DNA of 63,305 bases, counting the filler, from Octopus bimaculoides (lineage: Eukaryota): NCBI RefSeq assembly GCF_001194135.2. It is 3 parts of 3 records of this genome, joined end to end, with 100 filler letters (N's around TTAATTAATTAA, not from the genome) between each part and the next. Parts side by side here need not be neighbours in the genome. Positions count along the whole stretch, not along the records: positions 34,208 to 63,305 come from NC_069004.1; 2 more parts are not named here. One strand, given 5' to 3'. The notes beneath the pieces are model-generated. The model ran no database searches. It was not told the origin of the DNA and saw only the letters and a list, made by a program, of their open reading frames with translations. Each line of letters opens with the position of its first letter. Within the stretch, counting starts at the first letter, position 1. Shown here in pieces: positions 49,965 to 63,275 of this stretch. The position numbers were made by a program, and so were the translations under genes.

Positions 49965-50545
49965 TTACCATTCTTCTGGATTCTGGCTCATTGATGCAAA
50001 TTGCATTTTCAGGTGCACAGCTACAATTAGCACTAAAAATGTACAGAAAATAGATGCCAGGGGAAAAAACTAGAAGTTGTCAATAGCTTCTATTACCTAG
50101 GTGACCAAGTCAGTAGCAGGGGTGGATGCTCTGAGAGCGTAGCTGCAAGAAAGTTCAGAGAGCTCCTACTTCTGTTGATCCTTTCGGGGTTGATAAATTA
50201 AGTACCGGTTGTGTACTGAGGTCAATCTAATCGACTGGCCCCTCCCACAAAATTTTGGGCCTTGTGCCTAGAGTAGAAAAGAATATACCATGCTTGAGTA
50301 GACTTGTCAAGCCAAGTGAGACCGTAATCTTGGTCAATACTGGTGTCAGGTCAATGGCACCCTTGCCAGTGGCATATAAAAAACATCCACTACGCTCTCA
50401 GAATGGTTGGCATTAAGAAGGGCATCCAGCCATAGAAACCTTACAAAATCAGATTGGAATCTGGTGCAACTCTCCGGCATACCAGTTTTCAGTCAAATCA
50501 TCCAACCCATGCCAACATGGAAAGCAGATGTTAAATGATGATGAT
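49965..50545 (+). mobile_element. RTE fragment and 3' UTR interrupted by a family-A SINE part (~50180-50285)
   Basis: LEVVNSFYYLGDQV-like segment, then a 3' end catgccaacatggaaagcagatgttaaatgatgatg. Confidence 0.8.
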
Positions 50546-51404
50546 ATTGCCGGAGTAAGACATTTAAGTCTCCTCCTCTTCCAAGAAATGCAATTACAGA
50601 TTTACAGATAATTGTTTGCCATTCAGAGTTAGTGTTTTTCATCCTCACTAAGTGACATAACTCCTGATTTCACAATATCATTTTTGTACTGGAGGGCCTT
50701 ACCTTTCACTGAATGCATGATTCGCTAGCTAACTACCCTTGAAATAGATAAAGAGTTGTTGTTTTGGGGTTTTTTGTTGTTGTTTTGCACACGGTTTTTG
50801 TTGTTATTACTACTGTGGTTGATATTGCTGTTGTGCACTTCATTTTTGATACTTTTTCTCACTCTTAGCCTTGTTGTTTTCATTCTTGTTATTATTCAAT
50901 TGTTTGTTGCTGTCATTGTTGCTTCTACTGCTTGTATTTTTGCATGTGTTGCTGTTGTCATAGCAACAAGACAAAATTTTATGACATAGATTCGGTAAAT
51001 TGATTTCAGTTTGAACTTCCCTCCCACTAATATCATGTTCTGTTGCCATGGATATGTTGTAACTCAGGTCTAGGTTGGCAGAACACTGTTCACCAGCAAT
51101 TATTATTATTTTTTCATGTGCCAACATTTTTTAAAATTGGTCATATTGTGACATCTCTGTTTTTGCAAGAAACGCAAAACAAATATCACTCAGTTACACT
51201 CCTGCCCCCAAAAGGGGATATAATTGAATAGAAATGTTACTCCCATGATTTAGACACTGTCAGCAAGAAAAGTAATCACAAAATAATTAACTGAACCAGA
51301 TGAAATGATTGATAAAACTCTTAAAACTTCCATGACTTCACAATATGATTATTATTATTATTATTATTATTATAAAAATAATAATAGTAATAGCAATAAT
51401 AATA

Positions 51405-51860
51405 ATAGTTTCAAATTTTGGCGTAAGGCCAGTAATTTCAGGGAAGGGATAAGTCAATTACATCAACCGCCAGTGTTAAACTGGTATTTATTTTATGAAG
51501 CCGAAAGGATGAAAGATATAGTTGGCCTCAGTGTAATTTGAACTTAGAATGTGAAGACAGACAAAATGCCACTAAGTATTTTACCTGGAGCAGTAATGAT
51601 TCTGCCAGCTCACTACCTTAATAATAATTATTATGATAATAATAATAATAATCCTTTCTACTCTAGGCACAAGGCCTGAAATTTTGGAGGAGTGGGGGCA
51701 GTCGATTACATCAGCCCCAGTGTTTCACTGGTACTTAATTTATTGACCCCGAAAGGATGAAAGGCAAAGTTGACCTTGGTAGAATGTATCAGCAGATGAA
51801 ATGCCACAAAGCACTTCACCTGGCGTGCTAACGATTCTGCCATCTCACCACCTAGATAAT
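51405..51860 (-). mobile_element. Two head-to-tail family-A SINEs
   Basis: Copies at ~51410-51620 and ~51650-51855 joined by (TAA)n. Confidence 0.8.
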
Positions 51861-51874
51861 AACTCCTAATCTAA

Positions 51875-52050
51875 GCACAAAGTACAACCAAGCATGGCCT
51901 GTACTTAAGCAGATTATCCAAACAACATATGTAGATCATCTCACCAGAGACTCTGGATGCCTCCCTGAAGACCTCCCTCAACTAATACTGGACTGAAATG
52001 GATGGTTAAATATGTCTGAGCAAGCTTCACCAGATGATGATGACACAAAA
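51875..52050 (+). mobile_element. 3' end of a second RTE family
   Basis: TYVDHLTRDSGCLPEDLPQL-type C-terminus followed by (GAT)n. Confidence 0.6.
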
Positions 52051-52277
52051 GCCAGCCATTTTAAGAGGAGGGGGTTAGTCGATGCCAGTACTTGATAGGT
52101 AACTTATTTTCATCACTGTTGCAAGAATGCAAGGTAATGTTGACTTCAGTGAGATCTGTACTCAGAATGTAGAAGTAAAACTAATACTGTAAGACATTTT
52201 TTCTGACATTTTAATGAGTCTAACACTGCTAATAATGCTGATTTCTCTTCTGTGATTCAACGTGCAGTCTGTATATA

Positions 52278-52417
52278 CAGGGTGTTCAAAAAGTCTCTCC
52301 TTAGTGAATTTTTTCATCCTGCACATGCGCAACTTGGCCATCACTGTGTGGGTGGCTGGGTGTCAGCCATTGACGCTCAGTCATTGTGTAGTGAAGAGAG
52401 ACTTTTTGAACACCCTG
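52278..52417. mobile_element. 140-bp Tc1/mariner-type MITE
   Basis: Perfect 22-bp TIRs CAGGGTGTTCAAAAAGTCTCTC, flanked by TA on both sides. Confidence 0.88.
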
Positions 52418-53374
52418 TATATAGTGAACTGCCTCATATTGCTATCACTTATTTTGAAAATACACCCATCCACCGAGAAATATGAAAATCAAAATTACCT
52501 CTATCAAGATTTGAACTTACATGTTAGATGAAGAAAATTAAATAGTATCAGGAATTTGGTGCTGCACTCCAGATGAGGAAGCCTCCACATAGTATGCTCG
52601 ACAAGCTAGAAACTGTAGTCAAATCTCTGTCATTACATCTTATCATTAAAAAAACAACAAATGTATAATGTTTGGTATGAAAAAATGCTTGGTATGAAAA
52701 AAACGAATGGGATGGTTACAGCTGGGACACCTCTGAACTGCTTGATCAGGGTTGACATCAAGCTTAATTAACAATTTTTGTGGGGTGATCTTATTAACAA
52801 ATAAATTGAATCTCAGGAGTAGTAAACTAGTACTTTTTTTTTTGAGGGGTAAAAAGCAAAGTTTATTCTAAGTGAAATTTGAACTGCCAACAAAAAGACA
52901 TCACTATAATGGTCTTGTACAAAATAGCTATAATATATTCATCATATGAATGTAGATGTTCAACTAATTCATTATTCAGAAAAATATTAAAATACATTGT
53001 ATAACAAGGGAAATAATCAATGCTTGTAGCAAAGATCTGAACTTGAAAGAAATACATGCAATAAAAGAAAGAAAAGAAAGATTTCTGTTGTAAAAAAAAA
53101 ATGCTAATACTAACTAACAAAACATTTATTAAATACCAGAGTTCAACATTTCCGATTAAATTTATTTGCTTTGATGGGAAAATATGGTTGCTTATAGAAA
53201 TACATTAACAAGAGAGAAAATTGATGTAATGAAACAGAGAACTTCTGTTGTATACAAAAATATCTGTAAACTAATCTTTTGTTCACTAAGCAGTTATAAT
53301 ATGTATTACAAATTCTGAAATAAAGTGCCAGAAAGTCACAAATGGTATTTGGTTATATGCTATGCTTTAGAAGA

Positions 53375-53886
53375 CCCATCAAGCCAAGTGAGATTGTAAT
53401 CATGGCTGATGCCAGTGTTGTGTAACTGACTTGTAAAAAGCATCCTTCAACCATTGGGCAATATGCTGTGCTTGACAAGACCTGTCAAGCCAAATGAAAC
53501 CATAGTTGTGGTCAATGCCAGTGCTGTCTGACTGGTACCCATGCCGGTGGCATGTAAAAAGCAGTTTGAGTGTTGGACCTCATGGAGGCAGTGACAGGTG
53601 ACCAAGACCTTTGGCAATATACCGTGCTTGTGTAGACCTATCAAGCCAAGTGAGATAGTAATCATTGCCAATACTGGTGTAAGGTCAATGGCACCCATGC
53701 TGGTGGCATGTAAAAAGCACCCACTATACTGTTGTGAGTGGTTGGCATTAGGACGAGCATCTAGCTGTAGAAACCTTGCCAGGTCAGATTGGAACCTGGT
53801 GCAGCTCCCTGGCTTACCAGTTCTCAATCAAACCATCCAACTCATGCCAGTATGGAAAGCAGACGTTAAATGATGATGATGATGAT
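53375..53886 (+). mobile_element. RTE-type 3' UTR with three tandem subunits and (GAT)n tail
   Basis: Subunits start tcaagccaa(g/a)tga at ~53379, ~53486 and ~53641; terminus matches 59065-59102. Confidence 0.8.
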
Positions 53887-54624
53887 ATTCCATAATTCTG
53901 AATGTTGAATTCTTGACATAATTACAGACTACGACTTGAGGGGAGAAGAACATATTGTCTCTTATTGATTCCAGCCAGTGAGGGCAAGAGAAAAAACAAT
54001 ATGGTGATGAGCAGGACCAGATTTATATATGGGCTAATATGGGGCATGGCCCCCAAATTTTGGGAGGCCCCTAAACTCAGAGAAATTTAAAGTTTGGGCT
54101 TAAAAATTAGAAATATTTTTACAATCAAACAAATCATTTGTAATTTTGTTTAACTTGCTTTATCTGACAGAGTTCTTTTAAAATTATTGAGCCCTCTTTT
54201 GATTTTTAGTTTTATAAAACCATTAAATTTAATTGAGTCCCTCTGAATCCACCAAGCCCCTTTTAAGTTTTGGGGTCTCTTCAAACTCTTTGAGGCCCTT
54301 AGATTTAATAGAGCAGCCCTCTTTATGTTTTGAAGTAGTACCATTTTAAAAATACTTTGAACATGTTTTTTTCTGAAAGCATATGCAAAATTGCAGAGGG
54401 CTCCAAAACATTTTGGCCAAGGAACCCCCACTAGATCTAAATCTAGACCTGGTGATATAGTGTTAGTCTTTACTAGCAACGCACCCTGGCATTGCCCAGG
54501 TGTTACGACCTACAGCCACATTGTATTATTTGTTCCTTTCTTATGGGCAGATCGGCATATGAGGAGTATGAAGCAAACAACTCTTATAAACATGTTTTTT
54601 GGTCATTTTCTGATGAACAATGCT

Positions 54625-54775
54625 GCAGTTTCTGTCTACCAAATTCAGTCACAAGTCTGTGGTTGGCCTAGGGCTATAGTAGAAAACACTTGCCCAAGGT
54701 ACCAAGCAGAGAGACTGAATGTGAAACCATGTGGTTGGGAAGCAAACTTCTCAACTATACATTCGTTCTTGCACC
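54625..54775 (-). mobile_element. SINE family B head, diverged
   Basis: gtttctgtctaccaaattcagtcacaag..ggctatagtagaaaacacttgcccaaggt. Confidence 0.7.
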
Positions 54776-56149
54776 TAATATGTATGTGTGTGTTTATATT
54801 TGTTATTAAATTGAGTATTGTGTCCCACTATGTCTCAAAGTTAACAGTTCATCAAATAGAGTTCTATAAAATAAGTGCCAGATTGAAATATGTACTGAGG
54901 TCAGTATGATCAATTAAATTTTGGAAGGTGATATCCCATCATGGCAACAGTCAGAAGACTAAACCCAGTAAAATGATGTTTAAAGACTTAATGGCTTCAA
55001 ATTTAAGGTAATGAATTACGAACCACAAGATTATGAGTTCAAAGCTTCGTATTGAACTTCTACTCTATATGATAACACTATTGGCTTCCAAGAATTAACA
55101 ATCGTAATTAGAAGTTGAATGGTTAGCAGTAAAAAAGCTGCCCAGATTTCTTTAAAAAGAAATATTCTGAGGAAAAGTATTTTTTTCACCACAACACACA
55201 CATGCACAGAGGTGTCTCTGGTAACTTGAGCTACTACAAATAACAGCCAAATTTTTCTTAAAACACCCTTTCATCAAAAGAAAGACGCAAAAACTATGCG
55301 ATAGGTCTGCTACATCAGAGGCAAAATACAAACATACTTCACATTAAAAGATTATCAACTAAATAATACTAATAAAGTTGACGGTATATCTTCGAAGTTT
55401 AATTCCCTGGTAAAACTCCATGTATTTTTAACATTTTCTCATTATGCGCTATCTAAGACAAAGATTGTTCAGGCAGAGTTGCCTCCCTTAGCTAAAGACC
55501 TCAAAATTGTGTGACCCAGCCTTGTTTTCGAGGTTATTTTTGTAGTAAAAAAGAGTTGTGCAAAAAACAGTTTATTTGGTAACCAAAAGATTACTGAATT
55601 TTTTGATACCTCATACATCAAAATCAGCAACTGAGTTTTTAAATCCATGAGGAACATATGCACACACACATACACAAACTCTGTTTTATATATATAGATA
55701 AATATATGCATCTACAATGATAATTAAAGTAAAGGTATGTACAATGAAATTTAACACATTCATGTACACTTGAACATGGGAAGATCTTTCACTGTTGAAA
55801 TAGTCTTGGAAGAAATTTCTCTTCAGTCTTTAAAATACATATGCATACTGAATATAATATATTCAGGTTTACTTCGTATGACTCCATTTAATTTATTCAA
55901 GTTTGACCAAGCTTTTACATCCACCAGTAAATTCATTGTTTGCTGTTCTTATGTATCAGCGCTATGAAGGACAAATTCAGCATTTGTGGATAATAATGTA
56001 TAACCACAGAAATATATGCATCTCCTCATCTGATGATGTTATTCATAGCTCAATACACGTTTACAAGGAGAAAATTCTCTCAAGACTATTTCCATGGCTA
56101 AAAGACATACCACATTTAATTGTACATGAATTTGTTAAATATCATTGCA

Positions 56150-59102
56150 CATGGTCATGTTGGACAACATTCAGGGGGCTTCTATGGTGTACATGGAGGC
56201 TATGGTTTTGGTTTGCGCAACGAGGAGGGGACCAGACTGCTGGAGTTCTGTGATGCCAATGACTCTATGGTCTGCAATACTAACTTCAGGAAACCTGTGA
56301 GTCACCTAGTCACCTACTGTTCAGGCAGACATACTAGGCAAATTGACAACATCCTCGCCAGGAAAAAGGAAAGATGGCTGCTTATAAATGCCAAAATCTT
56401 CCCAGGCGAAGAATGTACCCCACAACATAGATTAGTAGTTAGTGACTTCAGGATCAGGGCAAAGTGGTTGCCGAGAAGACGACCAGCTTGGAGGAAAAGG
56501 ATCTGGAAGCTCAAAGTTCCTGTGAATGGACAGAGACTTATTACTCGAAGCCTATGACGAAATAGAGGGAGATGTAGCTTCACNNNNNNNNNNNNNNNNN
56601 NNNNNNNNNNNNNNNNNNNNNNNNNNNNNNNNNNNNNNNNNNNNNNNNNNNNNNNNNNNNNNNNNNNNAGCTTCACACAATGTAGAGGACAACTGGACGT
56701 TTCTACAGGACAACCTGCTGAGGGCCACCGACCAGATCTGTGGATGGTGCAAGGTCCCCTCTCGACCGAAAATAACGTTGTGGTGGAACAATGTTGTTGA
56801 CAGGGCTATTAGACAAAAGAAACAGGCTTGGAAAGACTGGAAGAACGGTGGTAGCAGGGAATTGTATCAGACTGCTAGAAGGGAAGCTAGGCGACAGGTT
56901 TATTTAACCAGAGGGGAAGCAGATAAGAAAAAGTTTGCCAATGTTCTGCGCCATGAGGACCAAAGACTTGAAGTATTTCGTGTTGCAAGACAGTGTGTAA
57001 TAGAGAATCGTGATGTCGTTGGATAGAAATGTGTTCACATGGATGATGGTACACTTGCACTGAATGAAGCTGCAAAGAAAGAGGTTTGGAGACACCACTA
57101 TGAAAGATTGCTCAATAAAGAGAATGAATGGGAGAAAGAGAGTCTGCCGAATGTCGACCCAACAGAGGGACCAGCTATCCAAGTTGACAGTAACATGGTA
57201 AATAAAGCAATTAGGAGTATGAAGACAGGGAAGGCCCCCGGCCCATCTGGAATCACTGCAGAGATGCTCAAAATATCTGGCAGTGTCGGCTATAGCCTAG
57301 TCACCCGTATTGTTAACCAGGTGATACACGAAGGAATCATACCCAACGACTGGTGTAGCAGCACCATAGTGAACTGCTACAAAGGTAAAGGTGATGCTTT
57401 AGATACAAATAATTACAGAGGTATCAAGCTTTTAGATCAGGTAATGAAAGTCACGGAGAGGGTTATAGCCCAACTAATTAGGGAGCGAGTCAGCTTAGAT
57501 GAGATGCAGTTTGGGTTCGTGCCTGGGAAANNNNNNNNNNAGGTGAGGGTTGGCAATGAGTACAGTGAAGAATTCCGGGTGGAGGTAGGGGTCCACCAAG
57601 GTTCTGTTCTCAGCCCCCCTCCTATTTATCATAGTCCTCCAGGCTATAACAGAGGAATTCAAGGCAGGATGCCCCTGGAAGCTCCTCTATCCTGATGACC
57701 TTGCACTAATTGCTGAGTCACTATCAGAACTAGAGGAGAAGTTTCAGGTGTGGAAGCAAGGACTAGAATCGAAGGGCCTTAGAGTGAACCTAGCTAAAAC
57801 CAAAGTCCTAATAAGTAGGAAGGTAGACAAAACACAAAGCCCTTCAGGTAGATGGTCCTGCTCGATCTGTAGAAAAGGCGTGGGTAGGAACTCAATAAGA
57901 TGCACCCAGTGCAAGCAATGGACACATAAGAGGTGCAGCAATATCAAAGGAAGGTTAATTAGGAAGTTAGTTTTCATTTGTAACAGATGTTCAGGAGCTA
58001 TAAACACTGTAAATGTGCAGAAAACAACTTCTGCCACATTCCAGGGAGTAAATCTAGAAGTGGTTGATAGCTTCCGCTATGTTGATGACCAAGTTAGTAG
58101 TGAGGGAGGGTGCACTGAAAGTGTAGTTGCTAGAATAAGAATAGCCTGGGCAAAGTTCAGAGAGCTCTTACCTCTGCTAGTGACAAAGGGCCTCTCACTC
58201 AGAGTAAAAGGCAGACTGTATGACGCATGTGTACGAACAACCATGCTTCATGGCAGTGAAACATGGGCTGTGACTGCTGAGGACATACATAGGCTCACAA
58301 GGAATGAAGCCTGTATGCTCCGATGGATGTGTAATGTCAGTGTGCATACTAGACAGAGTATTAGTACCTTGAGAGAAAAGTTGAACTTACGAAGCATCAG
58401 TTGTGGTGTGCAAGAGAGACGATTGCGCTGGTATGGTCATGTAACGAGAATGGATGAGGATAGCTGTGTGAAAAAGTGCCACACCCTAGCAGTTGAGGGA
58501 ACCTGTGGAAGAGGTAGGNNNNNNNNNNNNNNNNNNNNNNNNNNNNNNNNNNNNNNNNNNNNNNNNGGGGAGGTACGACCGACTTCTGACCGAGTTCTTT
58601 GGAAATATGCTGTGCGTGAGAAGACCCAGCAAGCCAAGTGAGACCTAAATCCAAGGCCTCTGCCAGGATGTGTACCTTCCTTCATTGGACACAGAAACTC
58701 CACTTGCGAAGACCTGTTGAGGCAAGCGAAATCGTGATGGCACCGGTGCCCTGGCACTTGTGCTGGTGACATGTGTAAGGACATTTGAGTGAGATCGTTG
58801 CCAGTGCTGCTGGACTTGCTCCCGTGCAGGTGGCACGTAAAAGACACTATTTTGAGCATGTCCGTTGCCAGTACTGCCTGACTGGCCTTTGTGCCGGTGG
58901 CACGTAAAAGCACCCACTACACTCTCGGAGTGGTTGGCGTTAGGAAGGGTATCCAGCTGTAGAAACTCTGCCAAATCANNNNNNNNNNAGTGGTTGGCGT
59001 TAGGAAGGGTATCCAGCTGTAGAAACTCTGCCAAATCAGATTGGAGCCTGGTCAAATCGTCCAACCCATGCTAGCATGGAAAGCGGACGTTAAACGATGA
59101 TG
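56150..59102 (+). mobile_element. RTE-clade LINE, long defective copy: APE C-terminal part, RT with PHD insertion, 3' UTR, (GAT)n tail
   Basis: APE: GHVG..RNEEGTRLLEFC..QIDNIL..QHRLVVSDF. RT: KAPGPSGI, NYRGIKLL, QFGFVPG, GVHQGSVLSP, LLYPDD (YADD variant), GSETW, RRLRWYGHV. Frameshifts, stops and gaps. Confidence 0.96.
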
Positions 59103-59144
59103 CTTCATGCAACTCTATTTAAAATATGTGTGCATATAAGAAGA

Positions 59145-59183
<39 letters not shown>

Positions 59184-61204
59184 CATATACTAGACTACCC
59201 ATGACCCATTGGGTCACCAGGAAACTCAATTTCCCAGCAACAAAATTTTGTTTTGTGGATTTTTTTCTTTTCCAGGTTATTATGCATGCTTTCAACAAAT
59301 GTGACATCAAAATCACGCATAAACGGCTCCTTTTCCCCAGAAAAGGAAATATTTTGGCTGTTATTTGTTGCACGTCCTACTACCATGTAACAGGTATATC
59401 AGAGCCTTTATCGCAAATAGCTGTTACATAGAATCAGGGTGTGCTAGAAATAGCAGCCATGTCTTTGGAGGTGAGATTACGTTGAATGCACTCGAAAAAA
59501 TCTTCAGGAAAAAAACTATTTCACACCGAGGTTACAAAGTTCATGATATCTATGTATGTATGTATGCATGTACATATGCAGATGTGTACATGCGTATGCA
59601 TGTATGTATGTGAGCATTTACGCATGTTTGTATATGTGTATGTGTACATATGTTTATGTACTGATATGTGTGTCTGTTCAAGTTGTAGATATGACTGTTA
59701 CTCTGTTGAAGGTTGTATGTATATATATTTACTGTAAAAAAACAAATTATATTTTTTCATTGTCAAATCAGTCTAATCGAAAGGTTAGAGTTTCTTCCCT
59801 TTCAGGATGAAGTTAAATTTGGAACATTTTCACATTATGTACCATTTTGGGTATTCATATTCCAAACCCCAAATATCCCAGTAACTACTGCTCCAATTTA
59901 TGTGAAACTTGTTTCATTCTGTTCTTATTAACATTTCAGGGTAAACTTAATTCATACTGTTTTCCCATTATGTGCCAGTTTGCCTGGGTAACATTGCAAG
60001 CACACACACATACACACACACATGTATGTATATGCGCATGAACAAATTTATGAAAAACATGCATATACTTTAAACACGTGTGAAAGAAACTAAGTTAGTC
60101 ACTCATCTTTGTTTATTAATTTTCAGAATTTTAAAGGCTTTCTATTTTCATGTGTAGTTAAAATAGTTTTATCTACTTTGGTGTAAAAGTACCAATAAGC
60201 TTTATCTGCAAAAGTCACAAACAAACAGATCTTTAAGAAATTCTAAATACTCATAATGACAAAGTATGGAACCAACAAGAGAGCCACTGGGCACTTGACT
60301 TGCAAGAAAGAGCAGCAAAAGCTCCTTCAAAAATACAACCCATCATCTTGAAAATGAAGAAACATATTGGATAATGTAGTCCTAAGTATGCAAGATGGTC
60401 TTGGTTGGAAAGCCTTTGATCATAGATCTAATGCCCATCCAAAAGTGTCCTAAACATCAATAACACTAGATAGGATCAAAGAGATGAAAATTCAAAAATA
60501 ACGGAAACAAAAAATAAAAACACAAGTCAATATAAAGTAAAAATATAAAAATGTTTTATTAATAATGTAAAGATCTATAAGGTTTTATTTTCAAAAAATA
60601 TTTTTTATGGTTTTCTATTTTTTGTAACTTTTTTTAAAACATATTTTTTGTTAATATTGCTTCGTTTATTTTTAACAGCCATGCAGAAAAAAGAAAAGAA
60701 AAATTTATAAATAAACAAAGAGGAATGTCTATTTAAATCAATTAGAGTTGTAGATTGAATAGAGCTGTTGCTGATGAAGATTAATGATAATGATGATGTC
60801 AATAATTATGAATTTATTGACATCATCAAAACAGATGAGAGAAAGGGATTTGAACTGAGAACATAGAGGAACTGGACTAGATACCACAAGGTATTTTGTC
60901 TAACAACTTAGTCAGTTATGATATCAATAATGATGTTATCTCCCCATTAATGATATAAACAAGAGTGTATTTTGCACCAAAACGCCAATACGAGAGTTTC
61001 TCTCATAGTATCTATCACATCCATGTTTAAGTAGGGATAAATATTACCTCTTGGTATTAATACTGCTTCTGTCACTAATATATATTACTTTGTTGACCAT
61101 CCCACTAAGTCCAGTTACTCAGTTTCCATAGCAAATAAGCAACCAAGATCACAACAATCAATACTCTCTGAATGGGAAGCCAGTCCCTTGCAGGATTCAA
61201 GGCC

Positions 61205-63002
61205 AACAATTTTGAGGGGAGGGGTAAGTTAATTACATCAACCCAGTACTGACTGGTACCTTATTTTATTAACTCTGGATTTGAACTCAAAGTATAAAGA
61301 GTTGTAAAAAAGACCACTAAGCATTTTGTGTGATGTGCTAATGATTCTACCAGCTTGTCACCTTCCCCACCTCTAGAGGGTTGAAATAATAATAGAAGGG
61401 GATGAAACTAAATACTGTACGGCAGGCACAGTTAATGGGATGTGCAAATAATGTTTTGCTACAATAAGGTAGAAGAGATCAAATTTTAGGGAAGGGTATA
61501 GTTTATTAACATTTAGAAACATGAAAGGCAAAATATTGACCGTGGCAAGATTTGAACTTAGAATTTAAAGAAATGAGACAAAATTTGCCTAATGCTCAAC
61601 CAATTATAACACTCTTTATAATAATAATAATGATAATCCTTTCTATACAAGGCCTGAAATTTTGGGGAGGAGGTTAGTCAATTACATCGACCCCAGTACT
61701 CAACTGTTACTTATTTTTTTTGTTGACCCTGAAATTATGAAAGGCAAAGTCGACCCCACCAGAATTTGAACTCAGAACATAGACACAGACGAAACACCAC
61801 TAAGCATTTTATCCAGCATGGTAATGATTTGGCTTGCTCACTGCCTTGGATATAATAATAATTATTTCTACCATAGGCACGAGGGGGGGGGGGGAAGTCA
61901 ATTACATCGACCCCAGTGCGTAACTCAAACTTAATTCATCGACCCTGGAAAGATAAAAGGTGAAGTCGACCTCAGCAGAATTTGAACTCAGAACTTGCAG
62001 ACAGACGAAATGCTGCTAAGCATTCTGGCTGGCGTGCTAATGGTTCTGCCAGCTTGCCACCTTTTATAATAATAATAATAATAACATTCCTTTCTACTAA
62101 AGGAACAAAGTCTGAAATTGTTGGGGAGGGGACTAGACAAAAACATTGACCCCAGTACTTGACTGGAACTTAACTTATTGACCCCGAAAGGATGAAAAGC
62201 AAAGTCAAATTCTGCAGAATTTTAGCTCAAAATGTAAAGACGGATGAAATGCTGCTAAGCATTTTGCCCAGCATTCTAACAATTTTGCCAGCTCGCCACC
62301 TTGAATAGCAGAATAATAATAATAATAAAATGCAAAGGTAGCAGTTTTTAATGAAGAAAGAATATGTAAATATAATACAAAACAAAAAGTATTTAAATAG
62401 ACATTTTATGCAATAAACTATTATATATGAGATTAGCTATAAAGTTCCGTAATGTTTAAATAAACTTTACAACTTTCAAACAGAATGGCATACTTAATAG
62501 GAAACAAATTTCAACAACAATTGTATAGTAGTAGTAGTAGTAATAATAATAATAATAATAATAATCCTTTCTACTGTAGGCACAAGGCCTGAAATTTTGA
62601 GGTGGGGGTAAGTCGATCACATCAATTCCAGTACTTGACTGGTACTTAACTTATCAACTCCAAAAGGATGAAAGGCAAAGTCAACCTCAGTGGAATTTGA
62701 ACTCAGAACATAATGATGGACAAAATACCACTAAGCATTTTGTCCAGCATGCTAACGATTCTGCCAACTCACCACCTTAATAATAATAATAATAATAATC
62801 CTTTCTACTGGCCTGAAATGTGAGAAAGGGTTCTTGTCAATTACATCGACACCACTGTTTCACTGGTACTTAATTTATTGACTCCGAAAGGATGAAAGGC
62901 AAAGTCAACCTCAGTGGAATTTGAACTCAGGACGTAGCAACAAGCAAAATGCTAAGCAGCATTTCGCCCGGCATGCTAATGATTCTGTCAGCTCACCACC
63001 TT
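61205..63002 (-). mobile_element. Head-to-tail array of family-A SINEs joined by (TAA)n
   Basis: Copies at ~61205-61365, ~61635-61850, ~61860-62065, ~62085-62303, ~62565-62778 and ~62798-63002, all in the same orientation, plus a partial copy near 61480-61570. Confidence 0.9.
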
Positions 63003-63017
63003 AATAATAATAACAAC

Positions 63018-63051
<34 letters not shown>

Positions 63052-63244
63052 GGAAGAAGAAGACGAATTTTAATATTTTCTTCTCAGCATGGAATGAAAT
63101 ATCAGTAACCAGGTTAACAAAAAACTTATAATAATGAATGATCAATCATAAACAAAACTGATTAGGACAGAAGAATAGTATTTTTTCAATGGCCAAAATA
63201 AATGCTAAGATTCATCTGTCATAGTTTATTCACACACACACAAG

Positions 63245-63275
<31 letters not shown>

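Noticed and set aside
55903-56253. 116-aa ORF upstream of and overlapping the RTE
   Set aside because: Its 3' part is an off-frame reading of the LINE; the 5' part has no recognisable similarity.
59276-59393. Strong-looking acceptor (tttcttttccAG) and donor (cagGTatat) around an open frame
   Set aside because: The peptide VIMHAFNKCDIKITHKRLLFPRKG.. is unrecognised, and such sites arise by chance in T-rich DNA.
61205-63002. CRISPR-like reading of the regular repeat arrays (also 25417-26642 and 42134-42240)
   Set aside because: Eukaryotic context, long degenerate units, no unique spacers and no cas genes.
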